From Andalucia godoyi And28 (Eukaryota; Protista; Jakobida): a stretch of DNA of 64,000 nt. Shown piece after piece: positions 29,201 through 41,300 of this stretch (the stretch's first letter is position 1; each line of letters starts with the position of its first letter). The stretch lies in assembly GCA_009859145.1 (NCBI GenBank), contig VRVR01000019.1, positions 31,073 through 95,072 of the forward strand, given 5' to 3'. A model generated the notes under the pieces. That model had not been told where the DNA came from. It saw only the letters and a list, made by a program, of their open reading frames with translations, and did not search any database. The position numbers and the translations under genes are program-made.

Positions 29201-30845
29201 AGCTGGCATTGCAGCTCGCCGTGGCGTTACTGGACCCGATATACTGGGAAAAGTCAAGTGAATTGATGTACGCAGTGAGGTTCGCGATCACCGTATCAAG
29301 GTCGACAGGGAGCAGAGGAGACGACCCATTGCCATTGTAGTAATTATTGACGACGGTGACGACAGACTGGTTAACGACTGTCACGACTGTCTGGTTGACG
29401 ATCGACAAGTTGAGCAATCGCAAATTGCTCATGACGTGCTCCGTCACATTGGCCACAATCGCGTCAAACATTGAATCGTCCAATGTGGTGTTGCCCCCGA
29501 TCGTCTGATAAATAATTGTCGTCGTCGAGGACGCACTGCCATTGGCAAAAAAGTTGGAAACCGAGCTGCTGTTGAGACATGCGTATGCCGACGTGTTGAT
29601 CTGTTGAAGCCCGTAATCGCCGAGCTGCGATGTGTCCGAGCCGATCGCTCCGTGCGGCACAAAACACAGCGGGCCGTGGACATAGACACGCGAGCCTGTC
29701 GGACCTGGAACCAGGTGCACATCCGGATTCACCTCGTTGTCCCGGTTATCCAGCAGCACCCCGGACCCTCGCTTTGACGACCGTATCACAAATGCATTGG
29801 AATTGGAATTGGCATTGGCATTCGCGCTATCCCGACGATGCACCCCAGCCGGTCGCAACAGAGACGAAGAAGCAGAAGAAGCAGAAGTCGAGGAGGGCGA
29901 GGAAGCGGAAGAGTTGGAGGATGTCAGAACGAGGTCCTTTGAAGCGACAATGTCGACGTCGAACGATATGGCAAGCGGGTCAAAAGAGAGCGCGCGATGG
30001 CCTGCAATGGCGATGCCCTGTTCGTCGACTTGGATTCGATTGGCGATGGACAGCGCGCTCTGGACCTTAAGCCGCCGCGCAGACACGGTCTCGTCGATCT
30101 GCAAGTTCCCAGCAACTGTCCAGTCCGATGCGAGGATCCGCACAGTCGAAAACGTCACGAGCGCACTCACCAGCAGAAACACAAAGACCGAAAGCGTCGT
30201 TAGCAACAAGCACATTCTCCACCGCTTTCTCGTCTTTGCTGCCGCTGCCGCTGCAGCAGCCGAGGAAGACTGCTTCTCGGCGTCGGTCAGCAAGAATGCG
30301 GAAGAGACACGTCTTGTCAGGTCCATCATAGTATTGGGATCGTGACTGCCGGTGCTGGGCGAGAGAGGGTTGGTGGTGATGGCCGGCACCTGTTGCATGG
30401 GAGCAATGGGCGATTTGAGGGCAGGGTCGCCAAAAGGCACGGTGCGTAATGTGATGCGTCGTCCAAGAGGAGCAAAGCCGGAGAGTCGCGGCAGGTCTGA
30501 CGGACCGTGCCCGGACGTCGCCTTGTGGCTTGCATTTACATTCGCCAGCTGTACAGAATGCAAGAACGACTCGGCGTGATTCTCGGTGGAGGAATGACGG
30601 TGATGGCTGTCCTTGTCCTTGTCCTTGTCCTTGTCCTTGACTTTGTGGAGGTCCGCAGCCACTAGTACCTTGTCTGACTCGGCTTCGGTCTCGGACTGGT
30701 GTTCGGGATCGAGATCGGGATCGGGATCGGAAACGGACATTGAGCGTGACCTTGACTGTGACACTGACTGCAAATGTGTCGGAATTGGACCTTCCGAGTC
30801 GCTTTCGGAGGCCGCAAAGTCCGACGCCGAATGATAGCCGGACAT
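26223..30845 (-). CDS. Type II membrane tail-fibre-like protein with C-terminal peptidase S74 (intramolecular chaperone auto-processing) domain, 1540 aa
   Basis: First ATG at 30845. A disordered N-terminus is followed by KTRKRWR and a TM helix (~30142-30215), then a long Ser/Thr/Leu beta-rich region. The C-terminus has WSSVHIKHDI...GVTY...HVGFIAEEL...VNIPELVPLLTEAIKAL and a coiled coil. Confidence 0.85.
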   Translation of the reverse strand: MSGYHSASDFAASESDSEGPIPTHLQSVSQSRSRSMSVSDPDPDLDPEHQSETEAESDKVLVAADLHKVKDKDKDKDKDSHHRHSSTENHAESFLHSVQLANVNASHKATSGHGPSDLPRLSGFAPLGRRITLRTVPFGDPALKSPIAPMQQVPAITTNPLSPSTGSHDPNTMMDLTRRVSSAFLLTDAEKQSSSAAAAAAAAKTRKRWRMCLLLTTLSVFVFLLVSALVTFSTVRILASDWTVAGNLQIDETVSARRLKVQSALSIANRIQVDEQGIAIAGHRALSFDPLAISFDVDIVASKDLVLTSSNSSASSPSSTSASSASSSLLRPAGVHRRDSANANANSNSNAFVIRSSKRGSGVLLDNRDNEVNPDVHLVPGPTGSRVYVHGPLCFVPHGAIGSDTSQLGDYGLQQINTSAYACLNSSSVSNFFANGSASSTTTIIYQTIGGNTTLDDSMFDAIVANVTEHVMSNLRLLNLSIVNQTVVTVVNQSVVTVVNNYYNGNGSSPLLPVDLDTVIANLTAYINSLDFSQYIGSSNATASCNASCTGSIDYDWLLANLSSTLWSHVTNGSFALCNISSCSANDSSSSWVDPDPSDNIQYVCTCNETAPYVPSNEWAFPLFNATAGVLNISTSSDAGGDIQITPASGTLILDVQQVTSPRQLVLSSLQGVALSTDVWIRENLHVSNASSSVYIQASHAFITQFGDSVSSPFLSLGAAQSILRSTDQFSVWADVLDMGMLQIHRNASIVSHDSVTPVVISNPFSTLRLELDGSTTLVSQKLLLRQTQTGGATLGLDPVLATIASSEPEVHVTTSSPDVSLTIGSSTMLYANDFSLVSDSGSSSFIRFETAISGSQITSDRSQFTMCTALGAGSCLSLLPFTTTLSILDSAFFLSTTDPSHQVRIAPNAGLLEASHGLRIASNSSMDPIAIDPVSGTLITSATLFSFTTATANSIVRIAVPLGSASLSIEPGSGTLYLQALLIDLVPPSSSPLPSPIVLRSNQALTIRSGNTSTLSVLTLEASEVSMATMRLVSTTGDVTLDASSTGAVRLAPSTHLFSAAPVSGSFVFQVSGASAQFSSSLDLALQSTSSNISLQSPGAVLINAPYLMGSTALFDTLRSRTVLADLRIATSTASNNIILDSNRVYVSSRLFLTASTVSSTTPTIASPSDPLYLNATHVSVFTTSGALDVRTPSSSSTLRLDAASSTISTSSSTLALISSAALLLSYSPSSARTTIAAPALSFSVTSPNSVFSFSGGLNTLMLGTLNITSSSLSQISTSDSVLYLSSTDHIQPTSVLRLDNSGVAKPLRWEDANGPTIWAPAIDPDLDFSFFLWRADTSTWDARVAVGQDGIIWTRGGWAIWSSVHIKHDIHDISAEHALDTVAKMQGVTYRLTDTDEQHVGFIAEELELAAPWAVSRKKKLPSSSTNENRFANVAATATASEKKKMEEKKLEEEELEEEEELLFAQRMKAQRDMRTAEKNDYAEVMKSRDLPAVNIPELVPLLTEAIKALKSRVEALEARIQHLEHNAAPASTACSVL

Positions 30846-31167
30846 TTTATCCAACGCCAAATGATAGATGTACTGGTTTTTCCCTCTTCTTTCAAAGGTT
30901 GTTTCCGAAATGGAAAGAGAAATCAGAAACAGAAAGGAATTAGGGGTCAATTGATGGGTTTGAAGGAACTCGGCCACTTCCAAAAGTCGAAAAACCCCCC
31001 CGATTGGCCTTTCCCTCAATAGTCCAAATACCCGCTACGGTTACTGACCCGGATGATCATTGACATCGTCTGATGCCGAGCTGTGTATGAGTTCCGGTAG
31101 ATGCGTAACAGGACCATTCGCTTGATGCTTGAGACTTACGGTGTCGCAAATTCTGAATTTCAATTTT

Positions 31168-31235
31168 TGCTTTTTCTTTTGAATTTTGCTTTTGAATTTT
31201 GCTTTTGAATTTTGCTTTTTGAATTTTGCTTTTGA
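31168..31235. repeat. Short tandem repeat (TTTTGAATTTTGC), about 4 copies
   Basis: Directly visible upstream of the carrier gene. Confidence 0.8.
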
Positions 31236-31278
31236 TTATTCGCATTTACACTTTACTAAAAGTATAGATAGTTGGGCC

Positions 31279-32196
31279 ATGTCGTCGTCCCGAGCACCAG
31301 CGCCCGTGGCAGCGCCCGTGGCAGCGCCTCGTCGTACGCTTACGTTTGCGGAGCAGCTTTTTGCGGGCGGTGTGGCTGGCGTGACGGAGATTGTGTGTGC
31401 GTTTCCATTGGATGTTTTGAAGACGCGTCAGCAGATCAGTGTTGGGAAGGACGTAAACATGTTCCGTGCGCTTGGGGAGATGGTGAAGAAGGAGGGGTTC
31501 AAGATGTACCGGGGGATTGCGGCCCCGATCATGATTGAAGCGCCGAAGCGGGCGATCAAGTTCAGTGCGAATGCGCAGTACAGTCCATTGTGGATGTCTG
31601 TGCTGGGGGTGTCGAAGCCTACGCAGGTGTCATCGGCGCTGGCTGGTGTTTCTGCGGGTCTGACAGAGGCGGTTGTGATTGTTCCTTTTGAGCTTATCAA
31701 GATCCGCATGCAGAACCCGGCGTACCAAGGCATGTACAGCTCGACGACGGACTGCATCCGAAAGGTGGTTGCGCAGGAGGGGCTATCGGCGCTCGTTGTG
31801 GGGATGGAGGCGACGCTGTGGAGGCATGCTGCATGGAATGGAATGTACTTTGGATCGATCTTTGCGGTCAAGGCACGGCTGCCAGAGGCACGGTCAAAGG
31901 GCGCAAAGCTGTGGTGGGACTTTGTCGCTGGATCCGTCGCTGGAACCCTCGGAACAATGCTCAACACTCCTTTTGACGTCGTCAAGTCGCGCAGACAAAA
32001 CGCTCTCAAGGGCGGAGACAAGCTCAAGTACAACTGGACCCTCCCCGCCGTCGCAACCATTGCACAGGAAGAAGGCATCGCTGCCCTCTACAAGGGCTTC
32101 GGCGCAAAAGTCGCGAGACTTGGGCCGGGCGGCGGCGTCCTGCTCCTCGTGTTCAACGTCATCTCGGATTTCCTCACTGCCCCCAAACACCACTGA
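31279..32196 (+). CDS. SLC25A21: Mitochondrial carrier, 2-oxodicarboxylate carrier (ODC/SLC25A21)-like, 305 aa
   Basis: Three PxDxxKxR-type signatures (PLDVLKTR, PFELIKIR, PFDVVKSR), plus ODC-typical EAPKRAIKF, WRHAAWN and RLGPGGG. ATG at 31279. Confidence 0.88.
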   Translation: MSSSRAPAPVAAPVAAPRRTLTFAEQLFAGGVAGVTEIVCAFPLDVLKTRQQISVGKDVNMFRALGEMVKKEGFKMYRGIAAPIMIEAPKRAIKFSANAQYSPLWMSVLGVSKPTQVSSALAGVSAGLTEAVVIVPFELIKIRMQNPAYQGMYSSTTDCIRKVVAQEGLSALVVGMEATLWRHAAWNGMYFGSIFAVKARLPEARSKGAKLWWDFVAGSVAGTLGTMLNTPFDVVKSRRQNALKGGDKLKYNWTLPAVATIAQEEGIAALYKGFGAKVARLGPGGGVLLLVFNVISDFLTAPKHH

Positions 32197-32374
32197 TTGT
32201 CTCCGCTCAGGATTTCAAATCAACTCATGACTCATGACTGAACCATTGCTGTCCTCTTTCTTTATCAAGTACAAATGCAACGATCAAACAAACAAGCAAC
32301 CAAGCAAATGCGACCGAACAACCGAATGCGCGAACGAGCGAACGCAAATACGATATAAGCGCATCTCGACTGCA

Positions 32375-35300
32375 TTAACGAATGACACGCAGCGAATTGG
32401 AGACATTTCGCATGGGAATGATGGGGACTTCGGGCATGGTGGAAGCGTCGGTCCAGCATCGCTCGAGCGTTGGGCCAAAGCAAATGCGCAACGCGACAGC
32501 AGCATGCTGTGTAGGAGACATGACCGGTGCAGAAACGAGGCGCGATCTCGCATCAAACGTGCGGATTGTACCCGCAGACACAATGACCTTGGGGCCAATG
32601 GAAACGAAAACGCCTTCGCTGAGAATCGCAGACGTGGAGTTCACCTGCTGATCGATGCGCATCAGTACGCTGGAGCCGCCAGCAGCAAGAATGCCGTTTG
32701 CAGACAGAGAGAGCACAGACGCAAAATCCACAACCTGGATAAGCGCAGGGGCTGCAGACGCGGCGGTGGATACCGACGGCGAGAGCGCAGATTGCACAAC
32801 AAGCGGTCCGAGCGCTGGCCCGGTAAAGCGGAACAAGCACAGCAGCAGTGCATCAGACACGACGAGAACATCAGTCGTTTGCGGCGGACTGCCAGCTGCA
32901 CTCGATCCGATCTGGCAAAACGAGTCGCCGGATGCCGGAGCAGCAAAGGAGGAAAAGTGCACACCGGAAACTGGTACGAGAAAATGAACAGAGAAGTCGG
33001 CAGTAGGAAACACGGTGCTAGTCAGACCAAGAACCTGCGGCGCAGACCTCAGCTCGATCTGCAGCTGCACGTCTAAATGCTGGTTGTGTCTCCACAGAGA
33101 AAGTCCAACCGGCACGAAACCAGACGAGACCGTAGACAGCGCAGAATAATCGCAGTCCCATCGATCCATCTTGACGAACCGCGAGTCAAATGCCTCCGAG
33201 ACAAGAGACGAAACACAGTACATAGGATGCGACCAGCCAAGAGAACTGGACTCAGAAAAAGACGGAGGCGACAAGATAAACGAGAACGGAACAACAAGCG
33301 GGACAGGCGACGCGCGAACAAGAAGAGGAGAAAACGACGAAACAAATGACACATTGAACACGAAACCCATCGCAGACTGAGATAAAAGAGAGGCACGAGA
33401 TGCAAAGGAGAGAGAAACACCGACTGGATTGAAGGAGGCGTCAGAAAGAACAGTCTCCGAAACACAACACAGTCCTGAAAACGCCATCCGGAACGGGCTC
33501 ATCACCGACCGTCTTGACACCGGGAAGCACTTGCCCGCCCTGTATGACGGACTTACCGCCACCCCAAACCCGTACATTCCTCGTTTTTCAAGAACGTCCA
33601 CATACTCCATGCTGCCGCCATCCAACACACTCCCACCATTCGTGCCGTAAATGTCACGACCATCGCACTCCGACTCCACTCGCACTCGCTTGATCTCAGG
33701 TCGCACATGCGCATCCTTCCGATGCGTCACCCACAAAGACACTTCATCGTCCAGTAAGAAATCCCGTCGCGAAACCACGGCCGTGCACTGCACCAACGCA
33801 CTCGACACAAACAACACCGATGACGAAAACTGCGAGCCCCCTTGTCCGTCCCACCCGTCCCATCCGTGCGAAGCATCCACACTTTCAAATCCGCAAGAGT
33901 CATGCGGTCGGAACTGCGAGCCTTGCACTGTCACCGTGAACGCAGACCCAGTCACAACCATCTCTGGAATCACAGACCACACGCGCGACGCACCCACCAC
34001 CTCCACTGCAGCATCCATCGGCAGCATGTCTACCGCAGAAAACGTCTCCTGGTGGAACTGCACCACGGCAAATCCATGCGCTACGCCGTCGGCTTTGCAA
34101 CCCACAGAACTTGGCAATCGGATCATCGACGCCTGCATCATGCTGCCGCCTCCAAATGTGCAGAAGACATCCCCAGTCGGAATCCCGCGAGCAAGCACGT
34201 CCGCCGAAAACGACACTGAAAAGTACTCCATCTCCGCCGCACTATACAGCGGATCCACAACCGCATACGACGACATGTTCGCCAGCGGCACATACGACCG
34301 AACAACGCCCTGTGGAGACCCCTGCACCGCCGCAAAATACCGGCCACTGTCCACCGACCATGAAATGTCGTAGTCCTGGTTTTCCTGCATCGACGGCACT
34401 CCGAACTCCTCCTCTCCATCCGCGTCGCTCAGTCTCGCCGACACCGTTTTCCCGAACCGCAGCCGCATCCGGACACTCTGCATCGTCGCTGGCACACGTC
34501 GCGCACGAACCCCGCCCGAAGTACCGAAATACGGCACATGCAAATCTGCTGTGTCCAGGTTCACTGCCGATCCCTCAGCTGCATACACGTCCAGCACCGC
34601 AGACTGGCTCCATCCGCCAGAGAAATCGAACCCGTTGACGGACACATCCAACGCACACCGACCCCCCAGCCCCGATCCTCCTGGCTGTCCGTTTCGCCCA
34701 ACAGACCCATCTCCAGCCAGAATATCGTCCACCGAGCCCAGTTGCGACTCCATCGACGCCGGCGACGACAGCGGAGGTGTCACCACCAACCACAGAGACG
34801 AGCACAGAACATACACATCCGATGCCCCTGCCGTCTGCAGACTACCAAACACCGACAGCCTCACTTGCCGCAGAGACGCTCCAATCGCCGTGCTGCTTCC
34901 AGACACTCCCCCCGCGACGCTGTAGTCAACCATCTCGCGCCCGCTGATTGTCACAAGCTGGCCGCCCTCCACTGCGATGCTTTTCGGAAACACCCCCAGC
35001 AGCACCGGTCGCTCTCGCACCAGCACCGACGTACTCTCTGCTTCCCCGGGATTGTCGCGCCCAATCGTCAGACCGATAGGGACAAACCCGCTGCGTCCGG
35101 TAATCGCCCAAAATCCCAGCTGCGATCCCTCAGGACCAGGAAGCACCTGGTCAGACAGAATCCGGTCTCCAAACCACACATACACCCAGCTTCCCGCGAC
35201 GAACTCCGATCCAACGACAAGCAGGCTGTCCCGTGCGTCCGGGTGCAGCACAACTGAAGACGATCCGGAGACCCACGGAGCCGTCGCACGAGCGATGCTC

Positions 35301-38300
35301 GACCCAGTCAAGTTATGCGCTCCAACGAACGTAAACGGCATCACTGCGTCGTTGTACTCGTTAAGAGACGACACCGCCGCAGGAGAGATCCGCACATTCA
35401 TTTGCACGCGCACCGCGACAAGACCCGCCTCACCAGACGGCTGCCTGGGCATGCCGCATTCCAGCACCCCGGCGCCATCCAGACCAAAGTGTGACTGCTT
35501 CCCGTCCGGCCGTCCCGCTGCAACAACAACCTTCCCGACCACACATCCATAGCTTGCCTGCTCCAGCACATTCGGCAGCCCAACAACCAGGCTCGTGCCT
35601 CCCGTCACAACCCCACCACGAGGCTCGAACGACGCGACGCGCACTCCCTTCGTCACCATCAGCTGTCTGCCAGAACTGCCAAAACTGCATCCGCCGTCGT
35701 TGCTCACCTCCAACCTCACTCTCTGCGTCCACCAGGGATTCCGATCTTCGTCCGTGTCCTGCAGCTCTCGCACCTTCGACGCGCCGAAATCCATTGCAAC
35801 ACGCCCCACAGTCGACGACTCCAGCGTCCACAGCACAACCGCACTAGAGACACGCAGCCCAATCGTTGTCGCCGGAACACCCGCTCCAAGGCGCACCAGC
35901 GCAGCGTTGCTCAAGAAGCCGTCTCCAACAATCGTGATTGCGTGCGACGACTCCATCCCAACCACCGACGGATGCAAAAAGCGGACTGTCGGTGCCGCAA
36001 CAACCTCAACAACGTTCCCGTCCGATGTCTGCCAGTCGAACCGCGCCATCGCCGCCTCGACAGGCACAAATCCAGTCTGCCGCATGTTCCACGTCACCGC
36101 CATGTCTGTCTCCAAAGAATCCGCTGCCGCGTCGCTCCACGAGCTCGCCACAGCACCATTCGCCAATCCAACACGGATCTCAAAATAGAAGCCGTCCGGC
36201 CGCCGCAGTCCCGACGTCGCCACGACATGGAACGCACAACTGGCCGAGCCCTGTCGCGGGTACACATCCGTCACGTTCCACGCCTCCACGACCTTGATGT
36301 CCACAACATCTCGTCCAGGATACTGCCCGCCGCTTGCGCCGCCATAGGCCTGCACGCAATCGTACGGTCCTGTGCAAACACCCATCGAAACAGCGGCATT
36401 GTTGGCAGCATCAACCATCGGAGTCGAACACACAAAGCGGCCGTTCTTGCGCTGCATCCGCACCGCCGTCTTGCCACCAAAGAGGCAGTACCACGGCGCA
36501 CGGTAATTCATCGACGAAACCCCCTCGTCCCACTGGACCACAATCTCCGATCCCCCAGGACCCAACACCACATCCCGGCTCGCAGTCACCCCGGACAGCG
36601 AACTCATCACCGCAACCTCCTCAATTTCATTGGCGCTGCGACCACCCTCCTGCTGCGAGAACCCGACCCGCACAATCGACCGCCAAGGATCCGCGGGCGT
36701 ATCTGCGTCCGCCGGCTTCTGCAGCACCGTGACATCGCATCCAGCCACCCTTGACGAAAACATCGCGGCTGTACTTCGGAACACTCCGTTTCCAACACAC
36801 TCCAGTCCCTGCTGCATGTTCACCCCTACAAGAAGAAGAACACCGCCTCCCGGAGACAGCGCAATAACCTCAGACCGGACAACTCTCTCAATCCGCTCGT
36901 CGCCTGCCACCAGCCGCTGGATGCTCGAGAACGACAACGCCGTCGCACTGCCAGTGAACGCGTCGGCAAACCCAACCCCAACTGCTGTGAATCCGTGTGC
37001 TGATCGGGGGAATGTGCACGTAAGAGTGCTGGGTGCCCTGAACTCACCAAGGCTCGGCTGCTCGTTCATCATTGCACACAAAAATCGCAGACCCTGGCTG
37101 TCGACATCTCCACTCCACGAGAACGGAAGAACAAAATCGAGCACCATTGACTCTCGATTCTCAAACGCCCGAGCAGGCTCGACAAGCGTGGCGTTGAACG
37201 AATCCACAACCAAAATCGCAAGGCCCGCCGACGTCCAAGTCCCTTGCACCCCGAAATCGCGAAGGCCAGCAGCCACCACCACACTCTCAATTCCGCTGCT
37301 CTCCAAAACCGCCACTCGCGGCACCGCACAAGACAGGATCTTCGGGTTCTCCACGGCCAGCGCTGCCGCCACAAACGTCCTTCCGGAAAACGCACACATC
37401 AGCTGGTTTCGCAGGTCATGCCGCGTCACGCCATTCACGCCCCTATCGTCGTCGACCAGATCGCGCGACGCAACAAACTGCATCTCCGCCCCCTGCCCAA
37501 CCGCCAGTAGACTCGGATCCGTTCCCGTGAACACCAGCTGTTCGCCCATAACATCAAACTCGCCCATTGCCGCATTGTCCGCGAACCCGCTGCGGTACAC
37601 AAGCACCCGACCAGCTGCCAGAAACGAGCCCCTCCTTCCGCTGTCTGCAGATCGTGCGCACAGACCGACCACCGACGACACCGCTAGGAACGTCGACTCG
37701 GACACTCCGCCAGCCAAGCTATCCTCGCACAGCAAGTCCGACCCTCCTGTCGCGATAAACTCTCTTCCAACCACTCGCAGCAGCCCTTGGCCATACCGAC
37801 TCACAAAAGGCGGCCAAACACTGGTAATCGACACCGGACCCATCGACTCCACTGAGACAACCTGCAGCAGCTCTCTTCGAGCACCGTACATCACGCTCAT
37901 CGCCCGAAATCCCGCAACAAACGTCGAGGCGGAGCACACGGCACGTGCTGCCAGCGACCCGCCGAAAACACCCGAAAACACTGCGCTTTCTGCACCATCC
38001 ATGCTGCACACTACTCCATCTGCTTGTTCAGACGGCCCCGCGTTCCGGAAAACATTCGATGCGCAGACCCCGATTCCGCCCGACGGGCACATGAGCGTCA
38101 CATCTAACGAATGCTGTCTCCCGGAAAGCGTTGTCACAGGCACAGCCCCGGATGTCACATTCACATGCACAAACGACAGCGTGAGCTGTGTGTTTGCTGC
38201 GCGCACCGAAAAGCCCACCGCGCTCTGACCACCCCCGAACACCACAGAAACCGCCGCGTCCACCGCAGCATTGCGCCCAGCGATGCATGAAATCAGCCGC

Positions 38301-41300
38301 GACCCCGTCTTGTGCTGCACGACCGACGCGACCATCAGCGTCTTCCCAAACTTGCAATACATCGGTGTCGTCATCATCCCACCCGCAAGATCCGCGTACG
38401 GATCCTCAATGTACACACGTACCTTCTCCCCGCCAGAGCCGGACACGAACGACGGCTGCACGTTCGTCGACCCATCCAACCGGATCGACGTCGCCACCAG
38501 CTCCGCCCCCGCTCCCGCCCCCGCCTGCGACACCCCTCCGTAGAATCCCGTGTTCACTGAAACATACGATCGCTGCTGGTCTCCCTTCTTTCCACCTCGC
38601 CATCTCCGGCTGTCCACAAGCACCGAGCATCGCACCAGTCTCGACGACACCAGCGACACCCCGCTCGACGACCACTCGTTTGCCCCAAACACACACTTTG
38701 CAACCGGGCTCGATCGTGTGTCGCCCCGCAGATCAAACCCTTCAACCACAATCGATGACGCCACGTTGCTCACAACATGGGTTGGATGCACTGCTTCCAC
38801 GACAGGTGTTGTGCTTTGCTCAACCCCTACAGATCCCAAAACATTGCCCTCGTTGTCGCTGACGCCCATGACTGTGAATCCAAGTGTTTTCTGCAGGAGG
38901 TACACTTGTACCCAGTAACTGGGCCACTTCGATCCCTTCGAATAGATACCAATTTCTCTTGATGGATGCCCATACCAAAAACGGGATGATAAAATGGTGC
39001 TGCTGGAGCTGCTTAGCCGTATGGGCGTATCTGCGTGGACTATTGATTTAGAAGAAAGATTCGCTGGCACTTCCGTCACGGTAACGTTAAGGAAAGACGC
39101 TACTGCGAGTGGAACAGCGAGAGACAGGCGCACTGGACTTTCGATGGCGATGTCAGCGACCGCTATTCCGGCCAGCTGCCCAGTGATCGCTGACGAATAC
39201 ACCAGCAAATGCTCATTCGTCTTGAGCACCATTGTACGACTCGGTAGTGAGCAGAGAAAAATGACGGAAGACAGGGAACGCAGATTGACAGATGTGGCGT
39301 AACTGCCGAACGAGCAGAGTGGTGAAGTGAAAATCAAATCTCGACCTCGCAAGACAACATCTGAGTAGTCCCAAGAATCAACGTCGTAATGCACGGGAGG
39401 TAATGCGTCGTAAACAACAGCTTGTGCTTTAACTTCAATGAAGCCGGCGTATAGCAGTTCTTCTCGACCAAAATCCAGTACCACTGCCAAATATCCATTC
39501 CGTGTGGAGGGCACTGTACATGCCAGCTTAGACAATTCTGCAGGAAGCATTATCGCAGATGACACTACCCTATCCTTGGCGAAGTAGGTGCAAAGTGGAA
39601 ATGGAAACGGCTTTTGTGTTTCGTAAAACACGGACGGCGGGGATGGAGAAAACACAATGAGGCCTTCGGACACTAAGACTGAAGAATTTAGCAGAGCTGT
39701 GTAGAACGACGGTGTCGGCGACGGTGTAGGAATGCACCCGGAATACCAAAGCGAACAGGTCGAAACAGTAATGGGAAGTTCTGGGGATCTGTAAACTCGC
39801 AAAGCAGCCTGCAAGTCTCCAGATCGAGAAGTGTCAAACCAGACCTTGGAAGAATCGATGAAGACAACAGTCTCATGGCTATTGGTAAACGTGTTAATGT
39901 TAAACGTAACCGACGAGGCGCCAGAATGCGACCATCGCAACGGGATGGTCGGCGCTGTGTTCTCTGACAGAACAGAACACAAAACTAAACTTGTGCTCAC
40001 AACGTAAGGAACCGACGTAAACGTTGAGGCCAAACCAACGCAGTTGGACGAAGACAGGACTGATGATGATGACACGAGGTTGTTGCCCTGGAGAACAAGC
40101 CTTGAGATGACAGCGGGTGCAATCCATCCCTGGACAGCAGTTACCTCTGGAGACGGGAAAAACATTACGGACGGAACTATGGTTTGTTGGTCGCCTTCAA
40201 AATACGAAAACGAAAACGTTCGAAATCCGAGGGGCAGCTCTCCCGCTAACACAGTTGTCAAACCGAAAGCTGAATTCACAAATCCAAGACGTTCATTGGA
40301 GTGGTAAACCCACACATCGGAAAGGGCTACTCCAGTCATTGCAAAAGAGAGCGGCGATGGGGAACGGAAGGGAAAGAACAAAGGAGCCACTGTCATGTTG
40401 ACTGCTGACTCTACTGAGATTGTACCATAGAAAACCACGTCTTCAAATGAAAAACCTCGCCGTAAGTCATACGGCGTGGATACTGCCGCAAGAGGAAAAG
40501 AAAAGATCGATTCCGCCATCTGCTGAACAGCACCGGAAATCCATGTCTTTCCGATGCTGAGATACGTGTGCGATACGAGGACGTTGGCCGACAGTTTTTC
40601 GAGCTCCAGTTTCTGGTGTAAGAAGTCTGAGATGCGAAAATCATGCACCGTCGTATTGGAAAACTGGCCCACGTTAACAAAAGAGAGAACTGAGCTTTCA
40701 GATGATGTCCAGTTCGTTTGAGTGGTCGTTATCGCCACTGTTGCCGCACTGCAAAGGACGGAAGGCGCATCTGACAGCCACAGCGCGGAAGACACGAATT
40801 CTGCAGCCATGTTTGACGAATCAACAGCACACGAGACTCTTCCCTGCATCAGTACGGGGTCCAAAAGCAAACTTGAACCGAGTATTGTTATGGCAGAGCC
40901 TCCCGAAGACTTTGTCAAGGAAGGAAGAACATCGGAGAGCCTTGGAGCATCCCGTAGTTCGAAGCAAATGGAATCTGTAGAAAAAATGAAACTGTCGATG
41001 AGTTCGATTTCCAGAAATCCAGCCCGTCGACGACCAGACTCTGGGATCCAGGCAAAAAGACTGTTTGGAGACAAGGCTTCCATTGGAAGACGCATGCTGT
41101 CTATGAGGACGTACATGGAGGTGCTGTAAATCATTAAATCACGGTTTCCGGTTACGTTGACGAGAACCCGTGACATTGCAAGCCCTTTAGCTGGACTCAC
41201 AGAGGCGACCTGCATTCGGGACGAAAGCAACGTTAGTCCTATGGGAGAGCTGAAGATCTGTCCGTCGAAAGAGAATGAAATGTTGATTTTCGAACCGAGA

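Noticed and set aside
31050-31160. Possible C/D snoRNA or SRP-like RNA (ATGATC...CTGA...CTGA; GCCGAGCTGTGTA)
   Set aside because: The C box is imperfect, I recognised no rRNA-complementary guide, and there is too little room and no helix-8 motif for SRP RNA. An Infernal/Rfam scan would settle it.
36630-38228. 532-aa + strand ORF
   Set aside because: Antisense shadow within the GC-rich middle of the 3804-aa gene.
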